DNA of 64,000 bases from an uncultured Geobacteraceae bacterium (GTDB lineage Bacteria; Desulfobacterota; Desulfuromonadia; Geobacterales; Pseudopelobacteraceae). The notes beneath the pieces were generated by a model. That model saw only the letters and a list, made by a program, of their open reading frames with translations, was not told the origin of the DNA and did not search any database. This document shows positions 45,443 to 54,721 of the stretch, in pieces. Within the stretch, counting starts at the first letter, position 1. Each line of letters starts with the position of its first letter. The translations under genes were made by a program, and so were the position numbers. The stretch lies in assembly GCA_903875605.1 (NCBI GenBank), contig CAIQWT010000050.1:34494-98493 (forward strand), in the 5' to 3' direction.

Positions 45443-45990
45443 TACTTTGGAGACACAGGTAATGGTTTCTTTAATTCCCACGTAAACGACCAATCGCTAT
45501 ACTGTTTTTTATCATCCAGCAGTTTGGATTCATATATCATCTTAAAACTTTTTCTAAAGGGTTCAACTGTACTTTCACTGGCAACGCCAGTCAGACGGGT
45601 TGCATCACCGATAGGCGTGACAATCTTCCATGGTTTATTTGTTATGGGATCCAGTGCAGCAGAGGCTCTGAGACGAAAGTTTTTTGGTGGTTTGTTACCA
45701 AAAGTTTCTGTTTTTATATTCACAAGCTCATCAAGGATAGTCCCTTTAGGAGAATTAACAGTCCATAGAAAAAGGTTGGTATTTTGATTCAAATTGGCAT
45801 TTTTATAGATAAGGTTCTGGTAAACAAGCTCAGCAACCTGATCCCCACGGAAAATCAATTCCTCTTCAAGTTCCCGTTGCTTGATCGTTTTCCATGACTG
45901 CCCAACCATACCCAGCATGATCCCCATGATCATCACAATCGTCAGAGCCAAAATGTAGGTAAAACCATTTTGATTCGAGATGACTCTCAT
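45442..45990 (-). CDS. Minor pseudopilin-like protein lacking Glu+5
   Basis: MRVISNQNG|FTYILALTIVMIMGIMLG; position +5 is Leu. It contains YSDW near the C-terminus. Confidence 0.6.
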   Translation of the reverse strand: MRVISNQNGFTYILALTIVMIMGIMLGMVGQSWKTIKQRELEEELIFRGDQVAELVYQNLIYKNANLNQNTNLFLWTVNSPKGTILDELVNIKTETFGNKPPKNFRLRASAALDPITNKPWKIVTPIGDATRLTGVASESTVEPFRKSFKMIYESKLLDDKKQYSDWSFTWELKKPLPVSPK

Positions 45991-48485
45991 CAGCGAATAT
46001 CCACCGCCGTACTGAACGGGAGAATGTTCAGGGCTGCACCGTATGATGAGGTAAAAGCAGAGTTTCTAAAGGCAAAGCTTGCCGGCCCCTGATTTTTTGC
46101 CCTGAATGTTGCTGTTACAAGCGTACCGCCACCTGTTACACCACTGTTACCAGCGGACCTTGCCAAAGTGACAGTCACTGTACCAGCGGCTGAATTAGCC
46201 CTGCTGCTAAAGGTCGTCTCTTTACCATCTTTTTTTAAATAAGCACCCTCACTCATTGATATAAAATCTACAAAAACCGGGTCATAGGTGAGTATAAACG
46301 GGGCATTGGCAAGATCAGTCACATCGCTGATCTTGATATCAATAGTAAACTGCTGGCCAACAGTTGCAGACGATGGAGCTGCAATCTGCAGAAGGCTGCG
46401 CTGAGACGGAGGTGGTGATTGTATAAGTGCAGCAGGCGCAACAGATACGGTCTGTGCTGCCGGTGGCGCAGGCTGTTTCTGTATAGGTTGCGCAGCTGGT
46501 GGAACTGACGGAGTTGGCTGAACAACCTGTGCAACAATAGTTGGAACAGTTGAATCAGTTTTTTTGGGCGCAGACGGAAGAGTTACGGCTTTCTTGTCAC
46601 TCCCTTTTGGCAGCACCTCACCCTCAAAAACCGGTTCCTGATCAAATGAAGACATTGGCTTTACGATAGAAGGATGATCCTCTTTGCCGGAAGCAAAAGA
46701 AGATAGACCGGGGAGTGGCACAGGAATTCCTCTGATCAGTCGAGGAGTAATAGCCAGCATCAATTCAGTTTTATCTTTGGAAGTGTTGGAATTAGTAAAC
46801 AGCGGGCCAATCAGCGGAATGTCACTTAACAGATACAGCTTGGTTTTATCATTACTGTCTGTCCTTTGAATAAGCCCACCGATTACGCTGGTTTCATTAT
46901 CCTTAAGACTAAGCACAGTTTCAATATTTCTAGTTCCAATCGTAACAACGGTAGTTAGGCCGTCAGCACCAACTTTTTCTTTCGTTAGAATCGAGCTGAC
47001 CTCAAGATTGAGTTTGATGGAAATTTCATTATTGAGCTGTATTGTCGGTTCGGCATTGACTTTAACACCGACATCCACATACTGAACGTTTACCTGCGAC
47101 TGTACACCATTCATCGTTGTCGTTGTTATCGGCACCCTGGTGCCGACGTTGAACTTTGCTTTTTCTTTGTTTTTTACACGTATTTTTGGATTAGAAAGAA
47201 CTTCCCCCTTAGCGAGAGTTTTACCAAGGTTGAAAGTTGCATTCGGCACGGTGACGAAACCGCCGATACCCTTCATGGTAAAAGCACGAACCAGATTTGA
47301 CGGATCTCCACCGCCGGTGGTTATAGTAGTGGTTCCGGAGGCTGCTGTTGTGGTAGCGCCGGTAAGGGATGTCGACATAAGACTATTACCTGAGAACGCT
47401 CCTAACTGAACATTGTAGTTACTCAACAGCAGTCCGATGTTTTCAGCATTCTTGTCACTTACCTCCATAACTTCGACATCAAGAATGACCTCTGCTTCCG
47501 GCATATCATTGGCGTCAAGTATTTTTTCAACCACAGCAACAATATCTTCGGTATCCCTAACTACAATTGAGTTTGAATCTTCATTCACATACGCTTTACG
47601 CACCTGAATCATTGTCCGGATAAGATTTATGGCTTTTTTAGCGTCCATATAATTGAGGTGAAAAGTGCGCAGCACCATATCCTCATACTGTTTACTTTTT
47701 TCTGGAGAATTTAGATAAACCAACACAGTTGTCTCATTGAGGTTTTTAGTGCTGAGCTTGTTCATGGTGCTTAAAAGGTCAAGTGCCTGCTGGAACGAGG
47801 CATTGTCGAGATAAATGGATACGGGAGTGTCCTTGATGCCATCATCAAAAACAAAATTAATTCCGGAGAGTTGAGTCAGGATATAGAATACATCTTTGAT
47901 TTTTGCTTCTTTGAACTTAAGGGTAATCGGCTTACTGGATTTAAGGCGCAATTCATAACCTTCCAGTTTGCTTTTACGCAGCAGGGTAATCCGTTCAAGT
48001 GCTGCTGAATATTCACTGTTTTTTGGAAAAAGCTCTGCGGCCCGTATATACTGACGATGAGCATCCTTCAGCTTATTTCCTTTTTCAAAATCACGCCCCT
48101 CCTGAAATGCCAACTGGGCATCCTTGTACCTGGTAGAGATTTCTATCTGTTGCCTGAAACGATCCTGTGTTGGATCAATGCCAACAGCTGCCTGAAACTC
48201 CGGCAGTGCTTCGATATGATTTCCCTTTTCTACAAAAGCCATCCCCTGCTTAAAACGCTGATCGGCAGCTTTCTGACGATTTTTCAAAAAACGGATTCGT
48301 GGTTCGTTGAAAGTTGGATCACTTTTGAAGGATTCGGCATAACTGTACATTGCTTCTTCAAACTTACCCTCTAACTCAAGTCTTTCTGCAGCCTTGAATG
48401 ATTTAGTAGCGGTAGAAGCACAGCCGGACAGTATGGCAAGAGATAGTATAAAAGCAATGTGTGGCTTAAAGTTCAGGTAGCGCAT
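45990..48485 (-). CDS. Secretin lipoprotein (GspD/PilQ family) with an N-terminal TPR region and a C-terminal cohesin-like domain
   Basis: Lipobox LSGC|AS and TPR-like repeats (about aa 25-175). N0/STN-like and secretin-N domains. Secretin core (GGLIQRTDSNDKTKLYLLSDIPLIGPLF....TELMLAITPRLIR). A Pro-rich linker, then 134 aa with a cohesin-like pattern (VGQQFTIDIKISDVTDLANAPFILTYDPVFVDFIS...GTLVTATFRAKNQG). Confidence 0.85.
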   Translation of the reverse strand: MRYLNFKPHIAFILSLAILSGCASTATKSFKAAERLELEGKFEEAMYSYAESFKSDPTFNEPRIRFLKNRQKAADQRFKQGMAFVEKGNHIEALPEFQAAVGIDPTQDRFRQQIEISTRYKDAQLAFQEGRDFEKGNKLKDAHRQYIRAAELFPKNSEYSAALERITLLRKSKLEGYELRLKSSKPITLKFKEAKIKDVFYILTQLSGINFVFDDGIKDTPVSIYLDNASFQQALDLLSTMNKLSTKNLNETTVLVYLNSPEKSKQYEDMVLRTFHLNYMDAKKAINLIRTMIQVRKAYVNEDSNSIVVRDTEDIVAVVEKILDANDMPEAEVILDVEVMEVSDKNAENIGLLLSNYNVQLGAFSGNSLMSTSLTGATTTAASGTTTITTGGGDPSNLVRAFTMKGIGGFVTVPNATFNLGKTLAKGEVLSNPKIRVKNKEKAKFNVGTRVPITTTTMNGVQSQVNVQYVDVGVKVNAEPTIQLNNEISIKLNLEVSSILTKEKVGADGLTTVVTIGTRNIETVLSLKDNETSVIGGLIQRTDSNDKTKLYLLSDIPLIGPLFTNSNTSKDKTELMLAITPRLIRGIPVPLPGLSSFASGKEDHPSIVKPMSSFDQEPVFEGEVLPKGSDKKAVTLPSAPKKTDSTVPTIVAQVVQPTPSVPPAAQPIQKQPAPPAAQTVSVAPAALIQSPPPSQRSLLQIAAPSSATVGQQFTIDIKISDVTDLANAPFILTYDPVFVDFISMSEGAYLKKDGKETTFSSRANSAAGTVTVTLARSAGNSGVTGGGTLVTATFRAKNQGPASFAFRNSAFTSSYGAALNILPFSTAVDIR

Positions 48486-48588
48486 TACGTGCGTCTCCTC
48501 GTGGAAATGTGTTGGTTTAGTGCTGTCACAGCCAAGTAGAATATTTTAGTTTCAATCTTCACTCTTATGCTCAGGAGAGAGATAATAT

Positions 48589-49203
48589 TCACGGTCCCTT
48601 GGCAAGCGGACGATTTTCAATCAACGGAATAACAATTTCGTCGCCGGTATCAGTGACTGTAAGCGTTAACGCCTGATCTGTAATATCAGTTGCTTCATAA
48701 CGACCGGCAACCTTGTCGCCAATTTTTACCAATAAAATGTCCTTATCTTTTGTCAGAAAAATGGTTTTTACCGACCCTTTTTTCATAAAACCAAGAAAAG
48801 TAAAGCGAGCCAACTGTGCCGCCTCAGGCGGTACAACGACCTGTGTAACCGGAGGAACAATCACTTTTGGCGGAGGCGGCGGTGGTAGTTTGATTGCTAT
48901 GGCTTTTTGTTTGGCAATTTTCATTTCATCGACAAAAACAGGTTTGAAGATGTTACGCCGATACCCTTTGAACGGTGCCGGTTCCGTTTCCAGAAGAGCA
49001 ATTTTAAGACTGGTACCATCATCCGTTTCGCGCGTTGACGCAGCTGCTGCCGCTGCAGTAACAACGGCAGGCTTTGCCTGCTGGCCCGGCTTGTAAGTTA
49101 AGGTGCTGGCAGTCTTGGGGCGTGGCATAGCAGTGTAGCTCCAAAACACAGCAACTCCAAAAACAATAACCAGAATGAACAGGATCAGACGCTGACGATT
49201 CAT
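48589..49203 (-). CDS. PilP/GspC-like inner-membrane-anchored protein with a Pro-rich linker
   Basis: N-terminal TM helix, PPPPPPK linker, and a C-terminal small beta domain (FLGFMKKGSVKTIFLTKDKDILLVKIGDKVAGRYEATDI). Confidence 0.55.
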   Translation of the reverse strand: MNRQRLILFILVIVFGVAVFWSYTAMPRPKTASTLTYKPGQQAKPAVVTAAAAAASTRETDDGTSLKIALLETEPAPFKGYRRNIFKPVFVDEMKIAKQKAIAIKLPPPPPPKVIVPPVTQVVVPPEAAQLARFTFLGFMKKGSVKTIFLTKDKDILLVKIGDKVAGRYEATDITDQALTLTVTDTGDEIVIPLIENRPLAKGP

Positions 49204-49748
49204 GCGCCCCCCCGGAGATAGACAGTCAGGTGAAGATCCATGACCACATTCTCTAAATAGAGATCGCTGTTAGAGAATGAAACAGAATCAACAACAAGCA
49301 GCTCTTGATTCTTCTGCAAATCAGCCAGGTAACTTTTTACTGCAGCATAGCTACCATTTACTGAAAACGTCAATTGATAGGAAAGCAGATCTTCTTCTTT
49401 TACCTGCAAAGGCTTGTAGGTGACTGCGCCAACATCTACGGCGCAACTTGCCGCCGTTTCGTATAATTCACACAAAATACGGGCAAATTCGCGTTTCTCA
49501 GGTATTTGGGCCTTCAGTTTTTCCAGGTCTGCAGCCGCCTGCTGATGGAGGGTCGACTCATCAACTTTACCAATACCGGCATATTGCCGGCGTAAACTAT
49601 TCCACTTTGATTGCAGTTCTGCCAGTGAAGGAAGTTGATATGAGTTGACCATAACAGCCAGGGCAGTATTGAGCAGCAATAGTGTCAGGAGAATACAGAG
49701 AACACGCCATTTCTGACGGACTATTTCAAAAACAAGCTGCTTCATCAA
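49200..49748 (-). CDS. PilO/GspM-like bitopic assembly protein
   Basis: A single TM helix, a coiled coil and a ferredoxin-like C-terminus. Its position between the PilN-like and PilP-like genes supports the call. 4-nt overlaps on both sides. Confidence 0.55.
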   Translation of the reverse strand: MMKQLVFEIVRQKWRVLCILLTLLLLNTALAVMVNSYQLPSLAELQSKWNSLRRQYAGIGKVDESTLHQQAAADLEKLKAQIPEKREFARILCELYETAASCAVDVGAVTYKPLQVKEEDLLSYQLTFSVNGSYAAVKSYLADLQKNQELLVVDSVSFSNSDLYLENVVMDLHLTVYLRGGA

Positions 49749-50281
49749 TTAGTCACCTTGCAGGAAATGACAAAATTTACACTATGCGTTTTTTCACCTA
49801 AAGCCAAACTTTGATGAGACAGGAGCATTACGTTTGAAAAGTTTTTCGATGATTCCAGTTTTTCCAGATACTGTTGCACAAACTTAAAAGATTTGGCATG
49901 ACCTTCAAGTTTCCAATCTTCCTGTTTTTTTCCCGGTGAGAGTGAAGAGAGAGATATCCCTTCAGGTGTTGCATTCTCGATCAACTCAAGCAGACTTAGC
50001 CAATTCAAGCTTTTGCGGTTAATAATTCCATTATAGAACTTGATATGAGTTTTCTGTCGACTGAAATCAGCTTCAGAAATACCGCTCGGCCTGGCTCCGA
50101 GTTTGTTTTGAATCAAAGCTATTTCGGCACCCAGACGATTCTGTTCGCCCATGTTCGACGATACTCTACTGACATTCCATCCTGTGATTAGAACCAGAAG
50201 CGTAATAGCGCCATAAGCGAACTTGTTGACCAGACGTTGGTCAAGATGCGTACGCGTCACGAGGTTAATTGTGTAACGCAT
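49745..50281 (-). CDS. PilN-like assembly protein
   Basis: Start MRYTINLV (INL motif) shares one nucleotide with the PilM-like stop (TGATG). A single TM helix and a coiled coil. Confidence 0.6.
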   Translation of the reverse strand: MRYTINLVTRTHLDQRLVNKFAYGAITLLVLITGWNVSRVSSNMGEQNRLGAEIALIQNKLGARPSGISEADFSRQKTHIKFYNGIINRKSLNWLSLLELIENATPEGISLSSLSPGKKQEDWKLEGHAKSFKFVQQYLEKLESSKNFSNVMLLSHQSLALGEKTHSVNFVISCKVTN

Positions 50282-51207
50282 CAGTAACTCCTCAAAGCCG
50301 CACCAATTGATGCAGTACATGGAAATAGTGACGTCTTGTCGGCTGGGGCTGAATTCCCAGGTGTTACCGCACTCTTAGTCTCAAGCAGAACCGGTATCAG
50401 TCCGGTCGCTTCACCAACCATCTCCTGGAAATTAACAGCAACTTCAGGCGCTGCCAAATAGAAAACCGTCTGCACCGAACGATCTGGAAAGCGCTCTTTA
50501 TATACAAGCAGGGAGCTGTTTATCTCCATGTACACCCGACTGTCTGTGGCCTGAGTCCCTGAGAGGTACTTACTGCGGATGAATTCCGGTATACCATCAG
50601 CAAAGGCCACAACAGAGAGGGTGCTATCATAAAATGAGACCAAAACACAATTATTATGAAGAGAAAGGCGACTATCAAAAAGCCGGCATATATTGAACGT
50701 ATTGCAATCAATGCGAGCAGGAGAAAGCCCTGCCTGCGTAATAAGATCTTCGTATTGGGAAATAACAGTGCGCGAGACAACGGCCACCATGAGTGCCAGA
50801 TCGCCATTTTCACGAACCGTCAACTGCTGATAGTCCAGATGGGTATCGGCACTATCGAGCGGGATGCTTTTCTTCAATTTCCAGCGGATCAGATCCAGAG
50901 CCTCAGCGCGGTTTTTGAAGCGCCCTTCAAGGTCAATTAGCATAATTCTGCAAGTTGCATCAGGCAGAGACACTGACACTCTGTCAGATCGGCAGAGCAA
51001 CAGGTTGTAAGCTGACTTCAAACCGGCAACGAATGCTTCAGGATTAAGAATATTCTGTTCACGCAGAGATACCTGAAGAGTATTCGGAGCAAAGGAGGCC
51101 TGCGCAACCCTTTCAACACGCGGTGAAGCAGCATTTCCCCCGGTCAGGGCACAGACAACACCGTGCGGGCTTATTTCAACTCCTATGACATTGCTGCTAA
51201 ACAACAT
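50281..51207 (-). CDS. PilM/GspL-like actin-fold cytoplasmic assembly protein
   Basis: 308 aa with no TM helix. The N-terminal IGVEIS.....A pattern is typical of PilM. Its position immediately downstream of the ATPase gene (51225..52943) and upstream of the PilN-like gene supports the call. Confidence 0.6.
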   Translation of the reverse strand: MLFSSNVIGVEISPHGVVCALTGGNAASPRVERVAQASFAPNTLQVSLREQNILNPEAFVAGLKSAYNLLLCRSDRVSVSLPDATCRIMLIDLEGRFKNRAEALDLIRWKLKKSIPLDSADTHLDYQQLTVRENGDLALMVAVVSRTVISQYEDLITQAGLSPARIDCNTFNICRLFDSRLSLHNNCVLVSFYDSTLSVVAFADGIPEFIRSKYLSGTQATDSRVYMEINSSLLVYKERFPDRSVQTVFYLAAPEVAVNFQEMVGEATGLIPVLLETKSAVTPGNSAPADKTSLFPCTASIGAALRSY

Positions 51208-51224
51208 GGCTTATCCTGTTCCGG

Positions 51225-52943
51225 TCATTCTACAAAAGTGACGCGGTTTATCTCCTTGAGCGTTGTAATACCGGCCTCAAACTTTTCCTCTGCAGAGTCA
51301 CGCAAAAACATAACTCCGGCTTCGCGTGCTGCTTTTTTCAACTGGGTCGCAGGAACTTTAGCAATGATAAGGTCGCGGATCTGGTCATTCAGTTCCAGTA
51401 GTTCGACAATTGCAACACGCCCTTTATAGCCGGTACCATGACATTCTTCACATCCATGGGCCTCATACAGCAGTTTACCGCGAAAACGCTCCGGATCAAC
51501 TCCGCCTTCTATCAACTCTTCATCATTATAATGTGCTGGGCGGCGGCAGGCAAGGCAGACCTTCCTTACCAAGCGCTGTGCCAGCACACAGTTCAGACAT
51601 GATACAAAATTATAAGGATCAATGCCCATGTGAATAAATCGCCCGATAACATCGAAAACATTATTGGCGTGTACGGTAGTAAAGACCAGATGGCCGGTCA
51701 GTGCAGATTGAACTGCTATCTGAGCCGTCTCAGAATCACGAATTTCTCCGACCATGATCTTGTCCGGATCATGGCGCAGAATTGAGCGTAATCCTTTGGC
51801 AAAGGTAAGTCCTTTTTTCTCATTAACAGGAATCTGCAGAACGCCACGCAGCATATATTCAACCGGGTCTTCAATTGTGATAATTTTATCTTCACCGGTA
51901 TGAATCTCTGTCAGAGCGGCATACAGTGTTGTCGTTTTGCCCGATCCAGTCGGACCGGTGACCAGAACCATGCCATAAGGTTCACGTATTTTTCTCCGCA
52001 GGCGCTTGATTTCCCGCTCGCTGACGCCAAGATTTTCCAGCGTCAAGCCCTTCAGGTCACTGGCGATACTCTCTTTGTCGAGAATACGGATAACGGCATC
52101 CTCACCTAATGAGCTTGGCATTATCGAAACACGAAAATCGATCGACTTTTCACCGAAACGGATTTTAAAACGGCCATCCTGCGGAATTCGTCGTTCTGAT
52201 ATATCCAGCTCACTCATAACCTTCAAGCGGGAAATGATCGGAGCCTGAAAGTGCTGATCTATTGTGTCATTTGCTTTATAGAGTACACCGTCAATTCGAT
52301 ATTTGATATCGACTCCGTCAAGACCGGTTTCAATATGAATATCGCTGGCTCTACGACTGAGAGCATCCAGGATGGTTGTATTAATTAGTTTGATTATCGG
52401 ACTGGTATCATCAGACAGTGTTTCAACCGACAAGACTTCTTCACCCCTGTCAGTTTCTTTAACCAATTGCAGCATAAAATCTTCAGAGACTTCACGCAGA
52501 ACCCGTCGCGTTCCCTCGCCTGCTTTGGTTACGGCAGCAATAGCAGAGTGCGATGCAATACGGATCTGAACCTGACGATCCAGAAGCATTTCAAGTTCAT
52601 CCAGCTTTACAACATCTGTCGGATCTGCAACTGCAACAACAATAATATGCGGAGCTATTTCCAACGGTACAAAATGAAACCGGTATATTGCGTCAGGTGG
52701 CAATTGATTGAGCAGTTCGGAATCCATCTTGAAAGTGCGTAGATCAACATATTCAAGGCTGAACTGTTCTGCCAAAGCCATTGCTAGATCTTCTTCCGTG
52801 AGAAAACCTTCGTGAATTGCGATCTCGCCAAAACGCTGCCGTGATGTTGAAAGCCTGTCAATAATAACAGGTAACTGATCAGGGTTTAGAAGCCCCAGTT
52901 CTATTAAAATTGTGCCGATATTTTTTCTTCTAAATGGTTGCAT
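51225..52943 (-). CDS. gspE: GspE/PilB-family secretion ATPase with an MshEN-type N-terminal domain
   Basis: Walker A GPTGSGKTTTLYA, Walker B IMVGEIRD, His box TGHLVFTTVHAN, tetracysteine motif (CLACRRP...CEECHGTGY). N-terminal tandem 24-aa MshEN-like motifs. Confidence 0.9.
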   Translation of the reverse strand: MQPFRRKNIGTILIELGLLNPDQLPVIIDRLSTSRQRFGEIAIHEGFLTEEDLAMALAEQFSLEYVDLRTFKMDSELLNQLPPDAIYRFHFVPLEIAPHIIVVAVADPTDVVKLDELEMLLDRQVQIRIASHSAIAAVTKAGEGTRRVLREVSEDFMLQLVKETDRGEEVLSVETLSDDTSPIIKLINTTILDALSRRASDIHIETGLDGVDIKYRIDGVLYKANDTIDQHFQAPIISRLKVMSELDISERRIPQDGRFKIRFGEKSIDFRVSIMPSSLGEDAVIRILDKESIASDLKGLTLENLGVSEREIKRLRRKIREPYGMVLVTGPTGSGKTTTLYAALTEIHTGEDKIITIEDPVEYMLRGVLQIPVNEKKGLTFAKGLRSILRHDPDKIMVGEIRDSETAQIAVQSALTGHLVFTTVHANNVFDVIGRFIHMGIDPYNFVSCLNCVLAQRLVRKVCLACRRPAHYNDEELIEGGVDPERFRGKLLYEAHGCEECHGTGYKGRVAIVELLELNDQIRDLIIAKVPATQLKKAAREAGVMFLRDSAEEKFEAGITTLKEINRVTFVE

Positions 52944-52950
52944 AGCCGCC

Positions 52951-54159
52951 CTATCCTACCGTACCGGCAATTTTGAAAATCGGCAGGTACATCGCAATAA
53001 TTATTACGCCTATGACTACACCCATAATCAGCATGATGGCCGGTTCAATAGCGGTCGTCAGCAGGTGCATTCGTTCCTCAAGTTCATCTTCAAGATAATT
53101 GGAAATATCAATCAGCATATCCTCAAGCGAACCGGTGGTTTCCCCTACTCCAAGCATGCGCAAGGCCAATGGAGGCATGATGTTGATCCGTTCAAGTGCA
53201 ACGGAAAGCCTGCCACCCTCTTCAATAAACCGTACCGCCTCGAACAGGCGCTTCTCCATGAAGACGTTATCCAGTGTCCCGATAGACATACGTAGCGATT
53301 CTATAATCGGAATACCGCTGCCCAGAACCGTTGCCAGAGTTCTGGTAAAGCCAGCCACCGAATATTTAGTAAAAACATCTCCGGCAACCGGAACAGTAAG
53401 CTTAAACCGATCAAGTGCATATCGCCCGGCTTCACTGTTTTTCCAGGACCTGAATGCGGCAAGCAAGCCGATAACAACAATGATTCCAAAAATAAAGTAG
53501 CGCCTAAGCAACGAGGTAGAGGTTATCAATAGTTGTGTCAGAGCAGGAAGTTGCGATCCGGAATCAGTGTACACCTGGCTAAAGGTAGGAACGACGTACA
53601 CCAATAGCAGTGTGATCGCAAGAAAGGCAAAGACTACAAGGATAGCGGGATAAAATATGGCCGCTACTATTTTTTTGCGCAGAGTGCCAACCCTCTTCAG
53701 GTATTCGATATAGCGCCGGATAGTTTGCGGCAGATCTCCGGTCCGTTCACCGGCTCGAATAGAAGCCACGTACAAATACGGGAAAGCCCGGCCATGTTTT
53801 TCCATTGCAACAGACAAGGCAGCTCCGGCCTTTACATCCTCTCGCACCTGAACCAGAACCTCATATAACGCACCGGAATCATGGCGCTCCAGTATTGCAT
53901 CAAGAACCTGCATGATCGGCATACCGGCTTTGATCAGTACTAGCATTTCCTGATTGAATGTCAGAAGAGCCTTGTTATCAATTTTTTTGCGTCGGACACC
54001 CTTGTCAAACAGAAACTGAAAAGGCTTCTTTTTGACGTTAAAGACAAAAAAACCCTGATCTTCAAGATTTTTCCGCAACACACCACTGTCTGCTGCTTCA
54101 AAATCTCTATTAAGAATCTTACCGTCTGATGCACCGATTTTGCAGGAATAAAGCGCCAT
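52951..54159 (-). CDS. gspF: GspF/PilC-family inner-membrane platform protein
   Basis: Two T2SS-F repeats, three TM helices, 402 aa. Confidence 0.85.
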   Translation of the reverse strand: MALYSCKIGASDGKILNRDFEAADSGVLRKNLEDQGFFVFNVKKKPFQFLFDKGVRRKKIDNKALLTFNQEMLVLIKAGMPIMQVLDAILERHDSGALYEVLVQVREDVKAGAALSVAMEKHGRAFPYLYVASIRAGERTGDLPQTIRRYIEYLKRVGTLRKKIVAAIFYPAILVVFAFLAITLLLVYVVPTFSQVYTDSGSQLPALTQLLITSTSLLRRYFIFGIIVVIGLLAAFRSWKNSEAGRYALDRFKLTVPVAGDVFTKYSVAGFTRTLATVLGSGIPIIESLRMSIGTLDNVFMEKRLFEAVRFIEEGGRLSVALERINIMPPLALRMLGVGETTGSLEDMLIDISNYLEDELEERMHLLTTAIEPAIMLIMGVVIGVIIIAMYLPIFKIAGTVG

Positions 54160-54190
54160 AACCTTGATTTAATACCATATAAGGTAAGAT

Positions 54191-54226
54191 AATAAAATAT
54201 AAAACCACAGGCAGCCCGCCTGTGGT
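54191..54226 (-). terminator. Rho-independent terminator between the cytochrome module and the secretion-machine genes
   Basis: Minus strand ACCACAGGC-GGGCT-GCCTGTGGT, followed by TTTTATATTTTATT. Confidence 0.7.
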
Positions 54227-54254
54227 CTCGATAATTCTTCATACCTACTTAAAT

Positions 54255-54707
54255 TTACATATTATGACAGGACATACAGAGTGAGTTGATGGACATTCTC
54301 AGTCGTTTACTCTGTAACTGCCGGTCTTCTGAGGATACGTGCATATTATGACAAGTGATCGCGCACGTAACAGTCCCATCACTTGCAAGAGGAAGATCCT
54401 GTCGATTTATTGACGGCTTTTTACCTGTTGCATGCCCTTTGCCAACACCAAGAGAGCCACCCACATGAGCAAGTTCAACCGCATGACATTGCAGGCATAA
54501 CTTGTTCATATCATGTTTCATTTCTTTTTTTGTCGAAGTGAAGACGAACCATCCACGCAGTTTATCCGCTGGAGCAACATGGCAGACCCCACAGTCACCC
54601 ATATCTGAATGGGGGCTCACTTTGCCATCTTCAGCTAGGCATCCGACAGCAGAAAGGATGATTGACCATAATATTATTAATAAAGCAGCCAGATTGGCTT
54701 TTCTCAT
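54255..54707 (-). CDS. Small multihaem c-type cytochrome lipoprotein (3 CXXCH plus 1 CX3CH)
   Basis: Lipobox AVGC. Haem motifs CGVCH, CLQCH and CMSCH, plus CAITCH. Confidence 0.85.
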   Translation of the reverse strand: MRKANLAALLIILWSIILSAVGCLAEDGKVSPHSDMGDCGVCHVAPADKLRGWFVFTSTKKEMKHDMNKLCLQCHAVELAHVGGSLGVGKGHATGKKPSINRQDLPLASDGTVTCAITCHNMHVSSEDRQLQSKRLRMSINSLCMSCHNM

Positions 54708-54721
54708 TTATATTCTTCCAG

